A stretch of 60,491 nucleotides of DNA, the filler included, from Hausera hauseri (taxonomy: Eukaryota), in the NCBI GenBank assembly GCA_046269625.1. It is 11 parts of 11 records of this genome, joined end to end, with 100 filler letters (N's around TTAATTAATTAA, not from the genome) between each part and the next. Parts side by side here need not be neighbours in the genome. Positions count along the whole stretch, not along the records: positions 45,939 to 52,658 come from JBJURY010072217.1; positions 52,759 to 60,491 come from JBJURY010905868.1; 9 more parts are not named here. One strand, 5' to 3'. Both the position numbers and the translations under genes were made by a program. Each line of letters opens with the position of its first letter. The first letter of the stretch is position 1. This document shows positions 49,193 through 60,491 of this stretch, piece by piece. Below the pieces are notes generated by a model. It made no database searches and had not been told where the DNA came from. It saw only the letters and a list, made by a program, of their open reading frames with translations.

Positions 49193-51730
49193 TTAATAAA
49201 AGGTTTTTGAAAAATATTTGCCGGGCGAATAGTGCACAATGATAACTCTCGCCTCATCGTACTTCTTATTGAATGACGACAATACATTCGAAACATCTAC
49301 CAAACCAACAAGGTTATTTGGATTATAAAATCGACTTCCGAGACCTAAGAAGTCTAGCAAAACCACCCAAATTTTCATAATGACTGGAAGATTCTTTTGT
49401 AGTTTCTTCCATTGTAGGTTCTTTTTCGTAATTTTATCAGCAATGGTCTTCAGATTTCTTATTGAAGTTGTGTAATGTTTTTCAAGATCGTATTCCTTCG
49501 TGATTTGTTGCATAATCTGCACCATGTTTTCTTCTGGTACATGTCTGGAACATTGGACAAAGGACTTCCACCATTTCTAATATTTCTTTCACATCCTCGA
49601 GAAATAGCTGTTTGATTACTGGAAGACTCATAAATTGGAATTCTCGATGTTACTGAACACGATTCCATAGAAACTGTCGCGGTACTTCTTAAACAACCAT
49701 CCATAATTTTCGACTTGTCGACATAGAAAATGAAATTTGGATTTTTGGTCATATTTATCCAAAATTGTAGTACAAAAATATTACTTTTCCACAAATACAG
49801 AGTAACTTCATCGGTAATTGAAAGAGATTTTTCAATGTCATCGAAAAGTTCGAAAAGAAAATAAACTGGCGTTAAATAGGATTCTTTTGACACAAGAAAT
49901 TGAGAATGGAGATATGAACATTTTCCTAATAATTGAGATGATGCATTTAACTCGCCACTAATTGAATTGAACAAAGAATTTGACTAGTGTTTGAGATCCT
50001 CTGGTTTCCAATCCATGATGCATTGGAAAAGTCATCAATGGATGGATATAAACTTTTTTCTTTGCTAAAAGCATCATCAGTGAAGATTCTTTGTTTATAC
50101 CTTCAGTGAATGAATTAAATGGAAATTTGTCTTGTCCATCCATGGCTTGATTTAATGAATCGGCACTCGGTAAAGAATTGACTCGCAATTGTAAATGAAC
50201 TTTGTTTTAATTTCTCATAGAATGTGTAAGTCTCTCCGATTATACAACATTCATTGTATCTGTAACTTCAACTGACTCCGAAAGAAACTTATTTCCACGT
50301 TGCATATTATAATGTTTCAGTGTTAATGACAACATATTCCTGGTTCAACACTGACACACTACTCGTACGATCGATATCGTTTAATGCGATTTTCGTGGCA
50401 TTGCTCATGAAATAGCGACAAGTCTTTTTCATAAACTGTGGATAAACATTCCACCGTTTGGGATTTTTCATGGTTTTCTGATTCAGCAAATACCATAATA
50501 GCATAATCGAGAATTTTTTGTTTTACCTGATATATACTGTCCAATGTCAGCACTTCAACCTCCATATTTTCCATATCGATTTTCAAGAACAATTCTGAGT
50601 TGTTCATCAGTTTTAAATTTAACTTTACACTGGCGAATATTTTAATAGTTTCATACTCAATGTCTCCAACTAATATATAGTCGAATGTCAACACATATTT
50701 TGCCTTATCTGCTACGCAGTCGACTAATCCTTGATTTATTTTGCACTTCATTGCTCTGTATAAATTAAAAAAAACGCTTTCTAATTTCTCCAGCCTTATA
50801 ATTATCACACGTGCAGATACTGAACCAGTTGCTAATGACATTTTCCACGATTGCTTCTGATCTTCGAAACAGCAGTTTTTCTTCGCAACTTTTCTGGAGT
50901 TTTTCTGCCACTTTGTGTATAAGAATTTTCACAATTTCAATAAAATATTGTGGATGTCGAAACAGTATCAAAGTCAAAAGAGATGCAGTCAAACTTCTTT
51001 GTTGAGAACTACAAGTACTCTCCATTATACTGATTCATTCAAGTAACTTTTCCTTTGTCAGTAAAACCTTTTCGAATTCTTCATCGATCTGATCATAATC
51101 TTTCGGTGTTTTCGACAAATCCAAATTGAGGAGTTGACTCAAATAGTCATTAAATGATAGCAGTTGTCGAGAAGTCAAAGTTCCCTAATTTGAATAAGAA
51201 TTAACGGCCGTGTGGTATTCCAGGAATGCTTTTCTCTGTAAATTCAAGCAGCTCATTTGTCTTTCATCTCGTTGAATCGATACTTTTAACGTAACGTTTA
51301 TCTTTTTATAGTTATGTAGCAAGTGGTAATAATTCCAGGATATTCTTCCGATGAATCCAACCAAAATCATGACGATTAAAATGAAACACGCACAAGGTAT
51401 GAAAATTACGTTAAATACAGAACTTCTGGAACTAGTTGTCTGGATCACTGGCAAAGTTGTAATATATTTGTTTTATCCAATATAACGTGTCATTTGACGA
51501 ATTACAAAAAGTATCAGGAACCGAATTATTGCAAAGAAGTGAACAAAAATCGTAATCATTGTCTTGTATGATACACAAAATATTCAGAAGTTTGTTCTCA
51601 ATCGTATTTATCTGTTGAAAGTTGACACGTCTCTCCATAATTTGGTTACAGAATTTTCCAAACACAAGAAATATTTCCATATTTGTTTCCATATTTATCC
51701 CACTTCTAACTCCATTGTTGGTTACCAATT
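49193..51730 (-). pseudogene. Plexin-like gene (TM + cytoplasmic RasGAP/RBD), intronless and frameshifted
   Basis: TM VIFIPCACFILIVMILVGFI; cytoplasmic motifs LLFRRSEAIVE..NWFSIC, GLVDCVADKAKYVL, DSIYQVKQKILD, YFLFELFDD, LWKSNIFVLQFWINMTKNPNFIF.VDKS..MDGCL. Confidence 0.85.
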
Positions 51731-51989
51731 TTAATTATTTCCACTATTTAAGAAAAGCATAGAAATATAACCACAAATTATATTTAAATTCCAAAAATTC
51801 AATTATCAATAATAAAATCGATATTTATATACAGATTTAAAAACATATCAACATTCACACACATATTTATATACAGTTCATATTACAGTTTGAGAATTTC
51901 GTAATGATGAGCTTTGAATATTCGATGAATATTTTTGTTTTGGCAGAACAACAAGAAAACACTTGAGCAAAACTTTTGTTGAAATATTG

Positions 51990-52199
51990 ATTAACCTGCC
52001 TTTAAATTTTGTTTCAATTATCGCTTGTCGTTATATTTTCAGAGGATCTCTCAATCGCAAACAGGAATCTACAAATTCAAATTGTTGTAGTCTTGATGAG
52101 ACACTACGACACGACGAGGCAAAACGACAAAAGTGAGCAATTCGTCGGCAAAACAATTAACAGCAAAAGGATATTTAAAAGTCCTTGTTGGGCACAACA
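51990..52199 (-). repeat. LTR-like fragment related to 47050-47238
   Basis: Starts TGTTGTGCCCAACAAGGACTTTTAAATA and stays alignable for roughly 170 nt. Confidence 0.55.
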
Positions 52200-52758
52200 G
52201 TCCTTTTTTGGAACGTTACATTTTTATTGTTGTTTTTAGAGTGTCAGTTTTAAGTTTAATTTATATAAAATATTGTTAAATGGATTCCACTATTCGTGTC
52301 TGAATTAACAAATATTGTTTTCTTTACTTAATTGTTGTCAGCAGTTCCTGAAATTTGCATAATTTAGTTAGATTTAAAAAGTTTTGGCAAATAATGGATT
52401 AAATTCGTTTAAAATTATATATCTAAAATGTTTGAAAATATAATAAAATCTATATAGCACTGTTCCAATACAGGTTAAAAGGTTTTTTCCCATATTTCCA
52501 CTCCATTAGGCACTGAAGATTTTCAACTACTTTAGTTATGTCATATTTAAATGTAATTAAAAGCATGAGAGAAAATGTGAAAAGAAACCTTTACCCTACA
52601 CTGGAACTGTACTATATAGATTTTATTATATTCTCAGCTTTTGTAAATAATTAATTTTNNNNNNNNNNNNNNNNNNNNNNNNNNNNNNNNNNNNNNNNNN
52701 NNTTAATTAATTAANNNNNNNNNNNNNNNNNNNNNNNNNNNNNNNNNNNNNNNNNNNN

Positions 52759-53575
52759 ATCCCAAACAGTGAGGAAAAATACATCACTTTCACTAAGCAT
52801 GTGCAAAATCAGGTTTCGCTTCATAGACAGCTTTTGTTTCATGTCGTTATCACTGGATAGTTTAGTGAAGAACGTCCCTGCAGAAGAACTCAATGAGACG
52901 AAGCGGTTCTTTCCCACTGCCTTTGACCTAGTCAAAAGGAAAGGAGTGTTTCCCTATGACTATATAACTTCATTGGAAACACTGGGTGAGTCCTCATTAT
53001 ATCAGTGATGAGGACTACCAGCATGCTCAAAACGTCTGGTATGCATTCCAATGCAGAACAATAGGGGAATACAGTGATATTTACCTCAAGACGGATGTAT
53101 TGTTGCTGACGGATGTCTTTGAGAGTTTCAGGAATGTTACAATGAAGAGCCATGCATTGGATCCGACTCATTTCTTTACAGCTTCAGGAATGAGTTGGTC
53201 AGCAATGCTGAGCTATACCGGTATTAGGCTGCAGATAATTAAGGATTATGACATTATTGTTATGATTGAGAGAGGCATTAGAGGCGAAATATGTCAGGTT
53301 ATTCATCGGTATAGTGAGGCCAACAACAAGTATATGGCAAATTATGACTCATCCAAACAATACTCGTATATCATATACCTGGATGCAAAGAACTTGTATG
53401 GATGGGCAATGAGCGCCCCATTGCCATATATAATAACTTCAAGTGGTTTGAGCATCCTGAAAACATCCCTATACTGGACCTGGATCCTACTGGAGATGTG
53501 GGTTATATACTGGAGGTGGATATGGAATATCCAGCTTCCAACCACACAAGACATGAACAGCTATACATTTTCCCA
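52759..53575 (+). pseudogene. Polinton/adintovirus PolB internal fragment
   Basis: RFIDSFCFM..SLD.LVKN, KGVFPYDY, YLKTDVLLLTDVFE, YLDAKNLYGWAMS. Confidence 0.9.
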
Positions 53576-53979
53576 AGTTTGTCACATTTTACATACATCC
53601 ACACAGGCAAACACACAGATATATATATTAGCTATACCTTTTCTCAGGTTAATTCCACTTTACATGCACAGACATACACATGCACACCATATATCTTAAT
53701 CATTCATTTCTCAAGTTACTCACATTTTTACACACACAAGACATAATCATTCATTTCACAAGTTACTTCATTTTACCCATACAAACACACACACACTATA
53801 AATGTGTTTAGCGTTATGTCAAAGTTATATTGTTACTAAATAAATGTGTTATGAAATTAGTTAGTCGTAATCTATATAAGTTACATACTTTTACTCGGCC
53901 TTATCCTATATCCCACATTACTTGATCAAGAAAAAAACACGATATTTCTATACAACATTTATTAAACAAAGAATAACAA

Positions 53980-56900
53980 TATTTACAATGCCACATGTCC
54001 GTGAGGCAGTGTATGGATTCCATCGCTCTGGATCTGCCTCTTGTCATCCATCCAGTCTAGGCTTTTCTTATGCAGTGTTACTGTTTGGATGTTATAATCC
54101 CTAGATTGGATCCTTCTCATTTCCAATATGATGAGTCTGAACCGGCAGAACTCTCACAGTCCTCAAAACTGATCTTGGCGAATGTAGTTCTTTGAACGCC
54201 CTTGGCTATGTTTTTGATCTGACCACATACATCAATTGCATATATTTTGGGTCTAAGAGCTACAAATCTCGAAATGATTGCTACATTCACCTCGTCTTTA
54301 AATTTAGCAAGGACTTTCTTATTGGCAATTGAAAAGTTGAGATGTTCCTTCGGATAGTCCGAGGTATCCATATGTTGGACCAATTGGGCAAAGTCCTCAT
54401 ATATCCTCTGTATGGATCTAATAGATGAAACTATCAGTATCAATATACATCAGGGTCTTTGATAGATCCAATATTGCCATACCCACATATATGGGCTTGT
54501 TGAACACCAATGCTGCTTTCAGCATATGGATGCTGACCAAGTTCTCAGCATATATGGGGCTGCTATGGACGTTGGGCTTGGCAATAAACTTCATTGCCCG
54601 CTTCCAGTCACATACTAGCTCAATGTTGATCCTATTGTGGACATTCTCGATGGTCTTGCAAATAACGCTGTTGTTATATAGTTTGAATTGATCTTTTTTA
54701 AAGTCGTTCTTGGCATTAGTCCGCAGCTTCGTATTGAGATCTATGTATGACTGCAGCCGCATGGACTTGCTGAACTGCAGGGTTCTATGGATCTTAGTAA
54801 TACGAAGTCCATGACTAACTGCCTCCTGGAGATTGATGTAGTGAACTACATACTTCTCCCTATTACCCACATGACAGATAAGCTTTCTCTGCTTTCCATG
54901 GGGCGGAGGCCTGCTCTCCGGAAGAAAAGGCAGCTGTTGATGCTTTGCGTAAATAGAAGCCGGATATTCCATATATACTGCCAGTATGTATCCCGTATCT
55001 CCACTGAGATCCAGGTACAGTATAGAGATGCTTTCAGGATTCTCGAAACATGTGAAGTTATCATATGGCAATGGGGCGCTCATTGCCCATCCATACAAGT
55101 TGTTGGCATCCACGTATGATACATATGAGGATTCCTTAAATGGATCATACTGAGCCATATACTTGTTATTGGACTCACTATACCGACGAATGACTTGGCA
55201 TATTCCGCCTCTTATGCCTCTCTCGATCATAAGGATCACATCATAATCCTTAATGATCTGCAGCCTAATACCAGTATAGCGCAGCATAGCTGTCCAACTC
55301 ATCCCTGGAACCGTAAAGAAATGAGCCGGATCTAAAGCATCGCTGAAACTCTCAAAGACATCTGTAAGCAGAAGCACATCTGTGAGGAGATATATATCAC
55401 TATATTCCCTTATTGACCTGCATTGGAATGCATACCAGACGATCTGAGCATGCTGGTAATCAGCATCACTGATATCGCAATCACAGAGGATATTGTAAAA
55501 GGCCTTCTTGTCCGGAAATGAGGTCTCATCCAGTGTTTCCCATGATGTTATATAGTCATAAGAAAACACGCCTTTCCTCCTGACGAGGTCAAAGGTAGTG
55601 GGGAAGAATCGCTTCGTCTCCTTGAGTTCTTCTGCAGGGAGGTTCTTCACAAAACTGTCCAGTGAGGACGACACGAAACGAAAGCTGTATATGAAGCGAA
55701 GCCTGAATTTCCCAACATGCTTGGTAAAGGTGATGTATTTTTTCTCACTGTTTGGGATCACATATATATAACGATCAATGTTGCCTAATTCTCAGATTAT
55801 GAAATGGGAATCATAGCTACTGAGATTATGGAACACTACAGGCAGATATGTACATGTTTTGCAGCGTAGATTGCAGTTGTTGCGTGCCGCGCCTCGATAT
55901 ATACATGTAAAATGGCAATGATCCTTGAATTTATGATTCTCCTTAGTGAATGATTTGGAGCACAAGTAACATGCTGTTGCCTTGCGCCATTCTTCTTGTT
56001 TCCACGAAATGCTCATTGTATCCTTATACTGCTGTTGCATATCTCCAATCCTATGAGCCATATCTTCAAGATATGATTCGCTGTAGTCATTTGGCATACA
56101 TGCAATACGAGAGTTCATGATATTGGTATGCCGTTGTGCTGCCATGTTGAAGACTGAAAGTGCAGCTGTGAACTGGACGCAGGATCGCTTCAAAGTCGCA
56201 ACAAATAACTATTAGGACCTTGATCTTCTTCTCGAACTCCTTGAATTCAATATAATCCTCCTTGAAAAATTCTGGCCTGATACAATAATTGTTGTTGCAG
56301 TACATTTTGTGCACTGCAAGCTTGTCCACTGCTGAATCACCACTGAAATGGGACAAGCATCGTTCACATGTTTCGTAATTTGGCATCTGACTAGACGCTC
56401 AAAGTTCTTGATCCAAACATAATGTTTCATTTCTCCATCATCTATTAGGAGCAGATCCCTATGGTTTTCCAATTCAACATCGCATATCCGCAGGGGATAG
56501 ACTTTGTCCTCATCCAATACAATGATATTGATTGATATATAATCATGATTCGACTCAACTTATTTACTTCATTTATGGATGGTGAGAACTTCATACATTG
56601 GAAGTCATAGTTGTTCTGAAATCCTTATATAGCCAAACTCGAGCAGCATTATATTGATCCCGTAGAACTTTTGATAGAATAGCATACATGAAACACTTGT
56701 TGTCATCATTAAAGACATTGATGCATGCCTTTTTCCCTACGATGCATTCCGGCAGCTGAATATAAGAACTGCCAGCATTGGAGAGTACTTGTTCACATAC
56801 ACAAGCAATCTCTTGATGGTTGCCAGAGTCCATCTGCTCTTCTTATCCTAGCTCCCCTCAGCCACATAGATCAGCTTCTCGTGCGCTTCTTGCATCCATT

Positions 56901-57560
56901 CTGCTATATTGGTGTTTTCCAATATGGGTGTATTTTTGGTCTTGAAGGCCCTATTGGATTCTTTGCCATCAACATTAATGTATGTGGCCTCCAGTTTCAT
57001 ATTCACCTTAAGGGCTTTGAGCTGCGCCATGTTGTCCTGGAGAATCCTCTCTGTCTCGTCCTCTCTGTATAAGAGGAAGTCTTGGAGCGTTGTTTGGCCA
57101 GTTGCATCAATAACATAGCTGCGGACTTTTCTCTTTAATGCTGCAGAATTAACTGACCGCTGTCTGGCTTTTTGGTGGAGCCGCTATGCCTGATGAGCCT
57201 GGTGCGCCTGATGGGCCTAATGGGATGTGAAATAAGCATAGGAACCGCACATCTGATTTTCTTTTGGGACACTAGTCATTGGCATATTACTTTTGAATGT
57301 CTTTCTTCGATTTTGTGAACGAATCCAGATACTGTTTATGCTGGTTGTAAATTCGTCGTAACCAATCCGGCACACTATCTCACATGCAGGACATACATAG
57401 TATTGAGTCCAATTATGTTGGTACGCAAAATAATGCTGCATTACACTGGCAATTCTGCTCCTCGTGTTTCTGCGCTATGCAAAATTTGTAGAAGTTGCAA
57501 ATCTAAACAAACGAATTATTTGAGGAGGGCATATAACAAAACTTACCATTCTTGGGAGTA
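53980..57560 (-). pseudogene. Near full-length Polinton/adintovirus PolB (same family as 27131-31110), degraded
   Basis: GSSYIQLP..KKACIN..DNKCFMYAIL, CDFEA, KDHCHFT, YVDANNLYGWAMS, KLYNNS, YIDTDS, FKDE..LRPK.Y. Shares 3' flanking sequence with 27005-27150. Confidence 0.92.
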
Positions 57561-57899
57561 AATTTGGAAATAATGAAATATGTAGCCATACCAACATACA
57601 CTATTTTTATTGATTTTTATTTTAGTTTGATAATTGATGCAGTAAAACAAAACACACTTGTAAGGAAAAATAAATAATTTTAATTATAGGGTAAATTGGG
57701 CACTGCATTTGTTTTAATGAATCAATTGCATGAACTTGTCACGTAATTTGATTAATTTAACCAAAACTCAAGGTAAAGCTTGCTCACATGCATGAATCCG
57801 TGATTATGCTACTTGTATTACCATCGTATTGCATTTGTGTATTTGTTGTAATACATCATTTGTACATTTGTTTTAATGCATCAAATAAATTAAATGCAC

Positions 57900-59624
57900 G
57901 TGGGCGCCTATTTCAATTAGGTTTTCGATCATGAGGAATCGAATGACGTCATTAGATTCTTTGAATAATGCATTCTTGATCGAGTTTTCGAGTTCGAATC
58001 GATAATTTTTCGATTTCAAATAATGTATTCGAATATCTGACACGAGATTCAGATTCTCCATATATGGATTTCTATCTGTCTATGCTTAAAGATTTATTGA
58101 TTTCAGTGTACATAAGCTCCAATTTCACCGTCAATTGTGCAATCAAAATAAGCACCGTTTAATTACTTAGTATTTTTATGTACTTTGTAGTCTTTATTAA
58201 ACCTTGTTTTAATACATCGCGGTGCGCTGCACCGTGCCGATATTGATTGCCCTATAGGTTTCCGTGCATGGCGAATCGATTAAAACCATCAGATTCTTTG
58301 AATAATGCATGTTTGACCGAGTTTTCAACTTCGAAAAGTTACATATTCGACTCGAAGTTCGAATTGGAATATCTGACGTCATATTCCGATTGGTCATATG
58401 TGCCTTCCTATCTGTGTGCGCTATTAGATTTATCGATTTTTGCTTCACTGGGCTTTAAATGCACATTTTGCTTAATTCGGAATATTGATTTTGTACCTAT
58501 ATAGCACATTTTTATGGAATAAGTTTAATGTATAAGGAGGTATTCGGATATGAAGAATCAAATGCCGTTGTTAGATTTTTCGAATAGTTCGATATTTGAT
58601 ATTCGGGCCAAAAATTTTCGAATTTCGAATATTCGACTCGATATTCGAGATCGCCATACTCGATTTCCTATCTGTTCCCGCTAAATGTTGTATCGAATTT
58701 TGACTCCTTAGGACCTAAAAATCCTATGGAAAGTCTGTCTCAGTTGCACATTGGACCGATATTATTCGAAATTGACTCGATCGACTTAAATTCTAATTGC
58801 ACATTCATATAGTGCATCGTATTTCCAATCGATTGCACCCGGTGCCGTGTGCTAATCATCAATATTGGAATTATCGGAAATCCGATATTATTGATTTTTG
58901 CACACTTGCACTTGTGCTGCGCACCTGTGCGGTGCATATCAAGATGCATCTCGATGTGCTCTATCTACCTGCACTTGGTCCCGATCGATTGGAACATTCC
59001 TAGGGCGTACAGCAACAAATATGTGAAGTGTAAAAGTGACATGGCAACCGTGCCCAAAGATACGCCAGCATTGAGCATTTCCATTTGGTAGTGCACCGTA
59101 TGTACTACCGACCAGTACTTGCCCCAGATCGAAATTATCGATTTTTATTTTATAGCGGAAAGGCCTATGGGAAGTCTGCCTCAGTTGGCAATTATTCGAC
59201 AACCAATCAATATATTTAAATTCTAACTGCACATTGACACTGTCCATCATGTGTGCTTTCGATTGCACCCGGTGCCGGGTGCTAATCATCAATATTTGGA
59301 TTATCGGAAATCCGATATTGATTTTTGCACACATGCACATGTGCTGCACATCTGCACTGTGCACCAATCGATGCGCACTGATATGTACTGCCGATTAGCA
59401 CTTTGTCCCGATCGATTCAACCAATACTGCACTGTGCAGCGATCGATTTGTGAAATGTGCAAAAATGTGCATAGCAACGGTGCCAAAAGGCACCGTCGCC
59501 TAGCACACTACCGATCGATAGTACACAGTGTACACTATCGATTGGCACACGTACAAAATTGATTTATTGATTAACCCCCGTCCCCTTCCCCGGGATGAGA
59601 CAGACCTCCCATTTTTACACTACT
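57900..59624. repeat. Putative long Polinton terminal region with internal duplications, ending ACTACT
   Basis: Duplications at ~57920-58080/58270-58440 and ~58720-58930/59160-59370, many TCGA palindromes, a minus-strand AGTAGT terminus at 59624, and a nearby CTTCCCCGGG also found near the 16640 terminus. Confidence 0.55.
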
Positions 59625-60491
59625 AGAGAGCATTTAAGTTGTCAAATCGAATATTTGAATTGAAATAAAGGGGTTCGCCAGGCCAAAGAAATAAAATTTC
59701 ACGAATCGGTCGAACTCACTCGATCATTTAGAAATATTTAAATTAACGTTTTTAAATTTTGTTTAAAAAACGTTAAATTAACGGTCATTTGCTTTTTTGT
59801 TTTACGATCCGAAGAAAACGTCGAACACAGTGAAACATTTATGCCAACGCTTGGATTCGTCAATGTGGCAGTCAAATAAAATTCAGAAATCAGTTCAAGA
59901 ATTCTTATAGGATGCATCTTATATACTATTGTAAGTTGGAGGTCTAATTTGGATTTTGAAAAATCAATAATTTTGAAAAAACTGGTTTCTCGGGTTGTAC
60001 ATGTATAATTTTCCAAATCAATTAAATAATTCATTGCTGATTTTTTAATTCAACCCCGTTGTCCGTTGAACTCAATAGAATTTCAAATTTGATTTTTATA
60101 ATATTGGTGAATTGGTTTTTCTTTCTCGGTGATTTTGTGAATTCGGGTATTGCGACTTGGGTTGATTTTTTGAATACTGACTCATGAATTTGGTATTTCC
60201 CAAATGTCAATTTATCAATGTACTTTTGGGAAGTCAGCTTATAATGCTAATTGACCTTATTTATTTGATTTATTTAATTTTTGTAATAACTTTGGATTTA
60301 ATTTTATATTATCTGTTCATTTGTGTGAAGCTCTAATGAATGATGAGAGTAATTTTAGCAGTTTGTGGTGATATAAGTCATTCAGTTCATTAAGTAATTA
60401 ATTTGCCGCCTTGGATAACAACAATGCACATTTAAACTGAAATGGTGGAGATACCAGTATATAATTTTCCAATCGTTAAATCCGAGAGTAT

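Overview
This window is not one locus. It is 11 short eukaryotic contigs joined by artificial 100-nt spacers (44 N + TTAATTAATTAA + 44 N), so adjacency across spacers means nothing. The source appears to be an AT-rich invertebrate animal with short introns. Host genes: the 3' part of a spliced Hox-class homeobox gene missed by the ORF track, a spliced NCBP1/CBP80, and a degraded plexin. The rest is mobile DNA: mariner/Tc1 transposons, Polinton/adintovirus-like remnants (PolB, penton, hexon, AGTAGT termini, a RING ORF), a TBP-like ORF of uncertain affiliation, and Ty3/Gypsy LTR elements. The most striking system is a Gypsy lineage in which a chuvirus (Jingchuvirales)-type fusion glycoprotein lies upstream of, and in frame with, protease-RT-RNaseH-integrase. 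It is seen in two divergent families. The linker carries PTAP and LYPxxxL late-domain motifs, and a signal-peptide-like segment follows the integrase. A separate contig, linked only by inference, has one LTR flanked by both PPT and PBS, with a RING ORF upstream and a long gag downstream. All family assignments come from motif recognition by eye; no database search was run.
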